Assembly (NCBI GenBank): GCA_023205875.1 | Contig: CP060762.1 | Location: forward strand, 310,001 to 374,000 | DNA length: 64,000 nt | Direction of reading: 5' to 3' | Source: Chloropicon primus | Taxonomy: Eukaryota | Part shown: piece by piece, positions 52,561 through 62,159 of the stretch | How the letters are laid out: each line of letters opens with the position of its first letter | How positions within the stretch are numbered: the first letter of the stretch is position 1 | Notes under the pieces: generated by a model | The model's input: the letters and a program-made list of their open reading frames with translations, nothing else | Database searches by the model: none | Told to the model about the DNA's origin: nothing | Program-made: the position numbers and the translations under genes

Positions 52561-53640
52561 ATGAGCCAACTGAGCCAATCCCTCCCCCTCCTCTCCTCCT
52601 CCCTCTGTCTCTCTCAAATCAGAGAGAGAATTTCCTCCACCACCAGCAGCAGCAGCAGCAGCAGCAGCGGTCGGTGGACAGAGCAGGCGACGACGACGCC
52701 CACCGCCACCGCCGCCATGTTATCCTCCTCCTCTGCCGCCAGCAAGCCGACCCGTCAGCGGCGGAACGGGTTGGAAGCGACCCAGGCGACAACGACACGG
52801 ACTCCTCGTCGTCTCGTCGCCCCGCCGTCGTGCAGTTCCAGTTCCAGATCCAATTCCAATTCCAGTTCCAAAGGGTCCACACGACGACGACGACGACGAC
52901 GGCCGCGAGGAGAGCCCTCTGCCCTGGCCGCCGTCGCTTCGTCCCCAGCGTCCTCCTCCTCCCACTCATCACCATCGCCGTCCTCGTCGCTCTTCGCCGA
53001 GTGCCTGGCCATGGAAAAGGTGTGGACCTGCAGCGGGGAGAGGCCGAGCGCCGTGTCGAGGCACCTCATGGAGAACCTCTCCCCGGCGTGGAAGATGCTC
53101 CTCCTGTCGGACGGATCTGTCACCAGGCATGTCGAGCTCCTGACCGGCAGGGACGTCGAGGTGGAGTGCCTGGAGATGGCCGAGGTCGACTTCAACAACA
53201 ACAACAACAACAACAACAACAACGTATCGTCGTCGTCGCCTCCGCTGGACGCCCTCGGCATCTCCGGGCCGGTGCTTCAGAGGCAGGTGTACCTGTACAG
53301 CGAGGCGGAGGCCGACCCTCTGGTGTACGCCGTGTCCTGGTGGAACAAGGCCAAGGCGGACGCCTTCCTCACGGACGTCGAGTCCCCCATCTGGGTCAAC
53401 CTGAGCGAGAACAAGACGGAGCTGTTCCGGGAGGTCAAGGCCCTTTACAGGGGACACTCCCCGGAGCTCGACAAGGCGATGGGTGTGGAGGGGCCGTACT
53501 GGGGGAGGCACTACTGCTTCTGGCACGGGGGGGAGCCCCTCACAGTGATTTACGAGGCATTCTCCAACAAGCTGGACGACTACCTGAGCGACACGTCCTG
53601 CGCGACGGAGCAGCAGCAGCAGAGGGAAGGGGGACCCTGA
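52561..53640 (+). CDS. Ycf21/DUF98 chorismate pyruvate-lyase (UbiC-like) with Ser-rich presequence
   Basis: LLLSDGSVTRH, LVYAVSWW, PIW, ELFREV, YWGRHY..HGGEPLTVIYEAFS. Confidence 0.85.
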   Translation: MSQLSQSLPLLSSSLCLSQIRERISSTTSSSSSSSSGRWTEQATTTPTATAAMLSSSSAASKPTRQRRNGLEATQATTTRTPRRLVAPPSCSSSSRSNSNSSSKGSTRRRRRRRPRGEPSALAAVASSPASSSSHSSPSPSSSLFAECLAMEKVWTCSGERPSAVSRHLMENLSPAWKMLLLSDGSVTRHVELLTGRDVEVECLEMAEVDFNNNNNNNNNNVSSSSPPLDALGISGPVLQRQVYLYSEAEADPLVYAVSWWNKAKADAFLTDVESPIWVNLSENKTELFREVKALYRGHSPELDKAMGVEGPYWGRHYCFWHGGEPLTVIYEAFSNKLDDYLSDTSCATEQQQQREGGP

Positions 53641-54026
53641 TTGCACACAACATATGATGCACACGCAGACATAACAGGCAGCCTAAACTCTCCGCAGGCT
53701 CCCTGTATAAACTACCCTTAATTCTTTCATTCTTTCGTTTCGAGATGTCTTGGTCGCACACGCGCGTCTAGAGAGCAGCAGCAAGAAAAAGGAGCGGGCG
53801 CGGGGGTAATGTAATGCCCCCTCCCCCTCCCCATCATACCTCCGCACAACAATCGCACATCAATCCATCTTGGCCTTCCGCTCCTGGGTTTCGTCTCGAG
53901 CGGAATCCCCGAGGCAAGCAAAAAAAGAGAGGTGAGGGGACTCAATCTCAATCTGCTGCCGTGCGTTACAATATAGATAAAGTGAAACGCCCGGGGGAAG
54001 GAGCAACCAAAACCAAAACATCAGCA

Positions 54027-55022
54027 ATGCCTTCGAGCCACGTGGTCGAGAAGAACGAAGAGGACGACGACGTGCAAGCCGGCGGCGAGGCAACGACGAC
54101 GACGACGGAGGGGAAGGGCGAGGACGATGACGATGGCAGCAGCAGCGAGATCCGGGTGTCGTCTCTCCTCATCCGCAGGTCCAACATCGTGGACCAGCTT
54201 TTCCTGAAGCAGGAGCTCCTGAACAGGAGGGAGGAGGACATCCTGAAGCGGTCCAAGAGCTTGGAGGACCTGCGGCAGCGAGTCGAGCGGGAGGCCAGGG
54301 AGCTCGAGGACCAGAAGTCTCGGTTCGAGAGCGAGAAGAGGAGCGTAAGGAAGTACAAGGAGAGCGAGGCCGGCAGGGTACGGCTCAATGTCGGGGGCGA
54401 GAGGTTCGAGACCTCGATCGAGACGCTGCGAGAGAAGAGCGGCTTCTTCAAGGCCATGTTCTCCGGGGCGTGGGACACGGAGGCAAGTGAGGTCGTCTTC
54501 ATCGACCGATGCCCCAAGCGGTTCCCCCTGCTGCTAAACTTCCTTCGGTCCGATGACGACAACGACTGTTTGACCGAGTACTGCTACGAGACCGCGAGCA
54601 GGGAGGGCTTGCACGAGATCATCGGCCTGTTGCGGGAGGCCGAGTTTTACCAGATCGATGCCGCGGTGGAGGTGATTGAGGAATTCGTGAACCACACCCG
54701 AGATCTGGCGACGGCGTTCGACACGATTACGCTGAACGTCGGCGGGGAGCTCTTCGCCACGTCCAGGAGGACCCTCTGCCTCTGTCCATTTTTCGACAAC
54801 TTGCTGGCCGGGTTCACCAACCAGGGCCAGCTGTCCGCGAGCAAGCTTTCGGGGCTCCAACCGATATTTTTGGATCGGAACCCAAAATTTTTTGCCATCC
54901 TGCTGGACTACCTCCGCTCCGGTTGCTGCAGGCAAGTCTTGAGCCACCACATCTCCTTGCTGCCCGACGAGCTCTTGTCCTACTTCAAGGACGACATGAA
55001 GAATTTTTACGAGCTGGATTAA
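54027..55022 (+). CDS. KCTD-like protein: coiled coil + two T1-type BTB domains
   Basis: VRLNVGGERFETSIETL..FIDR..LLNFLR and ITLNVGGELFATS..FLDRNP..LDYLR. Confidence 0.88.
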   Translation: MPSSHVVEKNEEDDDVQAGGEATTTTTEGKGEDDDDGSSSEIRVSSLLIRRSNIVDQLFLKQELLNRREEDILKRSKSLEDLRQRVEREARELEDQKSRFESEKRSVRKYKESEAGRVRLNVGGERFETSIETLREKSGFFKAMFSGAWDTEASEVVFIDRCPKRFPLLLNFLRSDDDNDCLTEYCYETASREGLHEIIGLLREAEFYQIDAAVEVIEEFVNHTRDLATAFDTITLNVGGELFATSRRTLCLCPFFDNLLAGFTNQGQLSASKLSGLQPIFLDRNPKFFAILLDYLRSGCCRQVLSHHISLLPDELLSYFKDDMKNFYELD

Positions 55023-55163
55023 AAGCTGAGAGATCCAAGCATTGGTTGTCAAGTTTTGTTGTACTTGTACAAAAACAAAAAAAGGAACACATCCGTCTAA
55101 TTTTAGCCGCCACCCACCCCACCCCACCCCGGTTCTTCTACCTCCTTGTCCTCAGCGTCACCG

Positions 55164-56513
55164 TCACCCAATTTTGGCCACCCTCCCGCCGGCGCTCTTC
55201 TCGCCGCTCTTCTTCTTCTTCTTCTTCTTCTTCTTCTTTCTGTTCACCGAAACAACTGGTTCCTCCTCCTCCTCCTCCTCGGCTGCTCGACCTTTTCCCT
55301 GGGGAGCGTCATCCTGCGGGGCGGGCTGCAAGTCTCCCAGCTGCGCCTTTGCCTTCTCCACCAGCCTGCTCGAGCTCTTCTCTTCCTGCTTCAAAGCGTC
55401 CGCGAGTTTTGCCGTGGCGCGAATTCTGCGGTTCAGGTCCGTGATCTCCTGCTGCAGCACCGCTTTCGAGCAGATCTCCTTGTTCACCTCCATGATGACC
55501 TCGTGAAGGCGCTTGTTGATGTCCTTGTCCTCCATGTTGCTCACGGCAAGCTCCGCTTGCAGGACCGACTCCTCGATGCGCTGGGCGTTACGCAGCATCT
55601 TGAGGTCAGCGTTAGCCGTCAGCAGCATCTCCTCCGTGATTTGCGCCTCCTCCTCCAGCCTTCCAGTGTCCTCTTCAAGGCACCTCAGCTGAGTCTTTGC
55701 CGTCCTCAAGTTCCTTTCGAGGTCCTGGACAACGTCGTTGTAGAGCTCCACCTCCTTCTCCACGCTCGCGTCCCTGCTCCCCTCCAACTCCTTCTTCGAC
55801 GCGATCTCCCGCTCGCACTCCTCCTGGAGCCTGCGGAGGGTTGCCTCCCTCTCGGCCTTCCCCTCCCGCGCGGTGGCGATCTCTCTCGAGAGCTCCCTGG
55901 CCTCCTTGCCCTGGACAGCCTCCGTCGCGTTGTTCTCCTTGTGCAGAATCTGCAGCGCGGTCTCGAGGTTGATGTAGTTGCTCCGCGCCGACGAGAAATC
56001 CCTCTGGTAGCTCAGCGACCGCGTCAGAAGCTCCTTCGTGCTCGACTCGGCCTTCTCCGCCTCCAGCACGAACGCCCAGCGCTCCTTGGCGGACGAACTC
56101 GCCTCCCTGTCGGCCCTCTCCTTCTCCTCCACCGCCAGTTGGATCCTCCTCCTGTAGCTCTCCATGGCCGCGCTCATCATCTGCACGGCCGCCTCATCGA
56201 CCTCGTAGTAAGGCCTCGGCGGGGGTGCGGGCTCCGAGGCCTCGCTCAGGTACGCCCCCTCGTTCCAAAAGGACAGGCTGCTTCGGCTGCTGCCGCTCCC
56301 TTGCGGACTCCCAGCGCTCGAGGCGGATCCACCTCCTTCCTCCTCATCCTCGCCCCTCTCGACGCCGTCGCTAATGGGCCGCTTGGCTTCCCTCCTCGGC
56401 CTTCCCGCGCGCCCCGTCCTGAGAACGGCCCGCTCCTCCGCGCGAACGATGACCTTCTCCGGAGTCACCCTGTTGTCGTAGTACCACGCCCCCTCAAGGT
56501 CTTCCGCTTCCAT
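55164..56513 (-). CDS. Coiled-coil hypothetical protein with poly-Lys tail
   Basis: Long ATG-started E/K/R/L-rich ORF. Confidence 0.7.
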   Translation of the reverse strand: MEAEDLEGAWYYDNRVTPEKVIVRAEERAVLRTGRAGRPRREAKRPISDGVERGEDEEEGGGSASSAGSPQGSGSSRSSLSFWNEGAYLSEASEPAPPPRPYYEVDEAAVQMMSAAMESYRRRIQLAVEEKERADREASSSAKERWAFVLEAEKAESSTKELLTRSLSYQRDFSSARSNYINLETALQILHKENNATEAVQGKEARELSREIATAREGKAEREATLRRLQEECEREIASKKELEGSRDASVEKEVELYNDVVQDLERNLRTAKTQLRCLEEDTGRLEEEAQITEEMLLTANADLKMLRNAQRIEESVLQAELAVSNMEDKDINKRLHEVIMEVNKEICSKAVLQQEITDLNRRIRATAKLADALKQEEKSSSRLVEKAKAQLGDLQPAPQDDAPQGKGRAAEEEEEEEPVVSVNRKKKKKKKKKKSGEKSAGGRVAKIG

Positions 56514-56637
56514 CGCGCCGGCCGGCCCAAGCTTTTTGTAACGCTCAGGCCGCCAACATAACGGGCAAAACCAAGAATCAAAGAATTATCACACATAGAC
56601 GGGGGTTTCCATGAAATAAAGCACAAAACTAACGGAT

Positions 56638-59574
56638 TTAAGAGACAACGTTTCTGCTCCTCAGCGCACGCCTCCTCCTCACTGGTGACTTGTGCTCCAC
56701 TGGTGCCTTTGTGTCGGCGGCGGCTTCTTCCTCGTTCTCCTTCTCCACCTCCTCGGCCGGCTCCTCCTCCTCAGGAGCGTCCTCCTCCTCAGGAGCCTGG
56801 TCTTGCTGGCTCTTCATCGCGAGGTACTGGTCGTACACCAAGGAGGCTTGCTTCTGGACGTCAGGGGCGACCTCCCCCTCGGCGGCGTCGCCGACGGAGA
56901 ACGTATCGGAGGCCGATTGGAATTCCTTGGTCCCGAAGAGCTTGTTACCCTCCGGAAGCTCGGAGAGGAGAACCTGCATGATCTTCACCGCGTCCTGGTT
57001 GAACTGCTGGACGTCGAGCTTCAGGAGGACCTTGAGGAGAGCAGGAATAATCTGCTCCATCTGCTCCTCCTCCTCCTCCCATACTGTCTCTTCCGAGGCT
57101 TGCATTTTCATCTCGCAGATCAAGCTCGTCGCTACCTTTTGCTGGATTCCCACGACCTCGTCCTTGTCCTGGGCAGGCACCCTCTGAACGAGGTACGTCA
57201 AGAACCTCACGAGCTGGCCAAAGACCCTCGGTTTCAACTCCCTTCGGACGGCTTCCTTGACGGTAAGGACGATGCTGGCCGAGACGATCTGATACGTGTG
57301 GGCGTGAAGCATGCTGTACACGTCGAAGAACACCGAAATGCACTGCTGCATCGGGGCATAGGCCCCGCACTCCTTGTCGAAGTTGAGGAACACGAGCTTG
57401 GTGAAAATGTCGCACTGCTCTCCTTCAGTCCAGGCATTCTCCCTGGAGTACTTGCTGTGGTTGGTCATCAGCTTGAGGAAGCCTTCCACCACAACCTTTC
57501 GGAACTCCTTCTTGTCGTCGCCGTCCCCGGCCTCCTTGAGAAGGTCGCAGTCGCTCGAGCTCAAGCACTGCTTCAGCATCTCCATCGGGCAGCCCGCAAT
57601 CGTTTTGAACGACGAAAACTTGTGCTGGGGGTACTTTGGGCCGTTCAGGTGCGCCAAATCGACGAAGAATTTTGCGGCCTCCGTCTTCACCTGATAGTGA
57701 TCCTTCCTCAAAGCAGTGATGAACACGTTGTAGAGGCTCTCGCTGCTGTAGTTGGAATGGAGCATAAGCATTCCGCACAGCTTGATGGACTCCCTTCTCA
57801 CTGCGACTGCCTCGTGGGTGACGCAGGCGCCCATAACGTGCTCGGCAAGCTGCGGAACAATCTCCAAGTCGACGCAACCGAGGGTGGAGCAAGTCTCAAA
57901 GCAGGTGTTGAGCAGCATGCACCCCTGGACCAGGTCCTCGGGGGCAACGCCCTCGGCTCCATGTTCTGCGCTTCCACCCATTCTGTTCATGACAAGGGAG
58001 ATCAGCTGGTGCATGCAGGACTGCGAGGATCCAAAAACCTTGACTCCAAACTTCATCAGCGCGGACTCCCACTTTCCGTTGCTGCCCTGGCAGAAGAGCC
58101 CGCACTCGTAATCCTCCTCCCTGTCAGTGTCCACGACCTTGGACTTGAACAAGTTCTCATTCTCCCTCTCGCTGGCGAGGGTCTTGAAAACGACCTCTCC
58201 AAGCATGCGGCTCGTAGCGTCCGCAAATTCCACGCACTCGCACGCCAAGAGCAGCAGCTGCTTGACCACGAACCTCATGCCGAACTCGGACTGGACGTGG
58301 AAATCAATCAGGGAGACAAACGTCTCGGAGGAAGCGGGAAGCACCTGCTCGAGGGTGTCGAGCTTGGTGGTGACCTGCGACGCGTGCACGGCGGACTCCG
58401 TTCCACTCGTGAGGGCGGCGGCCTGGCCCTGCTCCTTGGCCTCGCTGCTGATGGCGGCGCAAGCCACCCTCCAGGTGAGGGCGCACGCAGAGCTGAGGCA
58501 CTCGTCCGCGTTCCTCTTGAGAGTGCAAGCCTCGGAAGCGTCGAGCTCCTTGACGAGGGAGACGGCGTTGACCAAGTTGTTCTCCAGGAGCTCCTTGATG
58601 AGGAGCTCGCACTCGGCCTCGTAGGCCTCGACGTCAAGGGCATCGAGCATCCCGATGACCGTGTCGCAGTCTCTCGGGGCTTCCCCGGTCGCGGTCTTGA
58701 GCTGCTCCTGCGTCTCCTTGAACCACTGCTTCAGCATCATGTGCGCGGCTTGCTTGACCGTGGGCATCCTGTCCCTCAGTCCCCTCCTCAAGGCGTCGTT
58801 CCTCTGCTTGATCGTCAGGGCGCTCATGGGAACCTTGGACGCCAGGACGAGGTAGGCGGTCCTCCTGACCGAGTCGCAAGTGTCTCTCGTGTGCATAAAG
58901 ATGGACTTGAGCGTATGGGTCGAGACGGCAATGGAGGCGAGGACGACCTTCCTCACCTCCTTGTTCCTATCCCCCGAGACCATCTGCTGGTAGGCGGAAG
59001 TGATGGCGTCCTCGGAGAACTCTCCGTCGTCCCCGCCCTCCTGGAACCTGGCCAAGGCCCTCGCCGCTTGGGCTCGCACCTGGGGCACCTTGTCCTTCAG
59101 CCTGCACGTCATCTGCCTCTTGAGTTCCTCCAGCAGCGTGTTCGGGAGGGAAACGTGCGGAGGGACGTGACTCAACACTCCCGCGATCAGCTGGCACGAC
59201 CTGTACCTCACGCTCTTCTCAGTCGCCTTGGTCATGGTCAGCAGCCAACTCAGCAGAGCCTCGATGAGAGACTCCTGCTCCTCCAAGACCCTCTCGGTCG
59301 CTTCGCTCCTCTTTCCCTCGTCCTCGCCGACGGCGTGCGTGACGAACGAGACCACGAACCTCACCACCCTCTCCACGTGCGTGTCCCTGGAGAACACCAG
59401 GAGGACATGAGCCAGGCAAGGCGCCAGCTCCTTGAGGACGCACATGGCACCCTCCTCCGCCAGGCGGTTGAGCAAAGTCCTCACGAGCTTCCTGTGCGCG
59501 CTGATGCTTCTCTGCGCCTCATTCAGACACCTAGCCACGCTCACGGACCCCGAAGTGCTCTTCTTCTTCGCCAT
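56638..59574 (-). CDS. NCAPG: Condensin I non-SMC subunit CAP-G (NCAPG/Ycg1)
   Basis: AQRSISAHRKL, KSVRYRSCQL, RLKDKVPQVRAQA, DRNKEVRKVVL, RDTCDSVRR HEAT repeats; MQQCISVFF. Confidence 0.88.
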   Translation of the reverse strand: MAKKKSTSGSVSVARCLNEAQRSISAHRKLVRTLLNRLAEEGAMCVLKELAPCLAHVLLVFSRDTHVERVVRFVVSFVTHAVGEDEGKRSEATERVLEEQESLIEALLSWLLTMTKATEKSVRYRSCQLIAGVLSHVPPHVSLPNTLLEELKRQMTCRLKDKVPQVRAQAARALARFQEGGDDGEFSEDAITSAYQQMVSGDRNKEVRKVVLASIAVSTHTLKSIFMHTRDTCDSVRRTAYLVLASKVPMSALTIKQRNDALRRGLRDRMPTVKQAAHMMLKQWFKETQEQLKTATGEAPRDCDTVIGMLDALDVEAYEAECELLIKELLENNLVNAVSLVKELDASEACTLKRNADECLSSACALTWRVACAAISSEAKEQGQAAALTSGTESAVHASQVTTKLDTLEQVLPASSETFVSLIDFHVQSEFGMRFVVKQLLLLACECVEFADATSRMLGEVVFKTLASERENENLFKSKVVDTDREEDYECGLFCQGSNGKWESALMKFGVKVFGSSQSCMHQLISLVMNRMGGSAEHGAEGVAPEDLVQGCMLLNTCFETCSTLGCVDLEIVPQLAEHVMGACVTHEAVAVRRESIKLCGMLMLHSNYSSESLYNVFITALRKDHYQVKTEAAKFFVDLAHLNGPKYPQHKFSSFKTIAGCPMEMLKQCLSSSDCDLLKEAGDGDDKKEFRKVVVEGFLKLMTNHSKYSRENAWTEGEQCDIFTKLVFLNFDKECGAYAPMQQCISVFFDVYSMLHAHTYQIVSASIVLTVKEAVRRELKPRVFGQLVRFLTYLVQRVPAQDKDEVVGIQQKVATSLICEMKMQASEETVWEEEEEQMEQIIPALLKVLLKLDVQQFNQDAVKIMQVLLSELPEGNKLFGTKEFQSASDTFSVGDAAEGEVAPDVQKQASLVYDQYLAMKSQQDQAPEEEDAPEEEEPAEEVEKENEEEAAADTKAPVEHKSPVRRRRALRSRNVVS

Positions 59575-60254
59575 GACGACAACAAACGAACGAACGAATG
59601 AATGAACGCAACCTTTCTCTCTCGGACGGATGGAATGGGCAACGCTCCTCTCCCTGCTGACGCCGGCGCAAAGCGAACGAGCGAATGAATGAACGAACGA
59701 ATGAATGAATGAATGAAGGAGTGGTTCGCCTCGTCCTCGGCCTCCTTCGCTTCTCTCTCTCTCTGTCTCTCTTGGTCGTGCTCTGCTCCGCTCGTCTGTC
59801 GGTCCCAACGATCAAAACACCGTACACCGCATCATGACCAGATTACACTCCACAGTGGTCAATTCGGTTCGAGACGTTATGGAAATATCAAAGCACTTCA
59901 AACGTTCCAAGCGCAATGTACGTTGTAAAGTCGTTTTGATTTGATTTTGTTTTTTCGATTTGTTTTTGGAAATGTTCGTGGAGGGTAACGTCGGTGGCCG
60001 ATGATCACTGCAATCGCGCGCGCAGACGAGGATTAAAGGGAGAGCAACGCGCGCGCGCCGGGCGGAGGGTGTGTGTGTGTTGTGTGTGTGCGTGAACAGC
60101 TTCCGAGTGAGGGCGACACGAGGGTGAGCGAGAGGTCACCACCCGCCGGAGGGTTTCGACACCTTTGCCCTCTTCTCTTCTCCTCACCGAGACCGAGAAG
60201 AACAAGGCGACGAGAGAGCGTGATCGATACCAGCGAAGAGCGAAGAAGAAGAAG

Positions 60255-62010
60255 ATGGAGGAGAACAAGAAGAAGAAGGTGAGAGAAGGATCGCGGAAGA
60301 GGGGGAGGAATTAGCTCGTCCTCGTCGGGAGGATTGGTGCGACGGGATCGGAACCTCGGGCGAGGCGTGTGAACGCGTTCTCACGATCGTGTTTCTTTCT
60401 TCTTCGTCGTCTTCGTCTTCGTCTTCGTCTTCGTCGTCGTCGTCGTCGTCGGGAAAAACCAAAAACGCGTTTTGTTTGTGTTTTTTTTTTTTTTTTTGGT
60501 GCTGCTTCTCAATCCCTCTGCGACGTCCTTCTTCAGGTGGCGTACTTTTACGAGCCCGAGGTCGGGAACTACTACTATGGCCAGACCCACCCCATGAAGC
60601 CGCACCGCATCCGCATGACGCACAACTTGCTGTTGAACTATGGGTTGTACAAGCATCTTGAGATCTTCCGCCCCTCGCCTGCGAGGGACGACGAGTTGAC
60701 CCGGTTTCATTCGGACGAATACATAGAGTTCCTCAGGCTGATCACGCCGGACAATCAGCACGAGCACTTGAGACAGCTGAAGCGGTATAATGTCGGCGAG
60801 GACTGTCCCGTTTTCGACGGTCTTTACCAGTTTTGCAAGTGCTACACGGGAGGGTCCATCGGAGGGGCCGTGAAAGTAAGTTTTCCCCCTTCTCTGCTAC
60901 TCTGGTCAAGTTTCTTACGCGCCTTCCTTCCTCTCTCCCCAGCTGAATAAGGGGCAGAACGACGTTGTGATCAACTGGGCCGGGGGCTTGCACCACGCCA
61001 AGCGCAGCGAGGCCAGTGGTTTCTGCTACGTGAACGACATCGTTCTCGCAATCTTGGAGCTTGCCAAGTACCACAGGAGGATCTTGTACATCGACATTGA
61101 CATCCACCACGGAGACGGAGTGGAGGAGGCCTTTTACACCACAGACCGTGTGATGACGGTGAGCTTCCACAAGTTTGGGGACTACTTCCCTGGAACCGGT
61201 AGCATCGAGGATATTGGTTATGATACGGGGAAGCTTTACTCGTTGAACTGCCCTTTGAAGGACGGGATTGATGACGAGAGCTACGAGCAGCTCTTCAAGC
61301 CAATTATGACCAAGGTTATGGAGAGGTACGCTCCGGACGCCATCGTGTTCCAGAGCGGGGCGGATTCTCTGTCGGGAGATAGACTGGGTTGCTTCAACCT
61401 GAGTATCAAGGGACACGCGGAGTGCCTCAAGTTCATGACGACTTTTGGAAAGCCTATGCTGGTCTTGGGTGGCGGTGGCTACACAATCAGGAACGTGGCG
61501 AGGTGCTGGGCATTCGAGACGGGCTGCCTGTTGAATGTCGACCTAGCAGACGACTTGCCCCCGAATGACTACATAGAGTACTTTGGACCCGAGTACAGAC
61601 TTCACTTCACCCCATCGAATATGGAGAACCAGAACAAGAAGGAGTACTTGGAGAAGGTCAGGAATAAGATCTTGCAAAACCTGGAGAAGATAAGCCCTGC
61701 GCCTAACGTGCCGTTCCACGACGTTCCGAGCGACGCCTTGGAGGTGGACGAGAGGCCTGATGCAGAGCTCTTGGACGATGACGCAAAGGGGGGCGGGCAA
61801 CTTGGGGAGGAGAAAAAGAAACTTTGGGATGGGGAGATTGACGAGTCAGACGGAGAAGATGAGAAACCGAATCGAAATGTTAGCGACGCTGAGCCTAGCA
61901 AAAGGTCTTCTAGGAATAAAGCAAACGGAGTAGGCGAGGTAAAAAAAGAAAACGGGGCAGGGGGGAAAGCTTCTGACGAGGCGACCCCAATGGATGAGGG
62001 GCAGGACTAA
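60255..62010 (+). CDS. Class I histone deacetylase (RPD3/HDA19-like); exons 60255-60278, 60537-60875, 60943-62010
   Basis: [53 protein letters not shown]; two phase-0 GT-AG introns. Confidence 0.95.
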
Positions 62011-62159
62011 GTTTTTTGCGGGAGGGTCAAGGGAAAGATAAGCTTTTGATGGCCCGATGCATTGGCAAAGAGTTTCTATAAATCGAAAATTGAATCAAAA
62101 AAGAAAAGAATTACATCAGCACGGCACAGCGCAACGAGTTCATCCTTACCGAGTGCCCC

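Noticed and set aside
56692..59601. 969-aa plus-strand ORF and similar long antisense ORFs (6688-8646, 41805-43334, 23828-25006, 55146-56561)
   Set aside because: Shadow frames opposite well-supported genes; GC3 bias depletes antisense stops; no motifs
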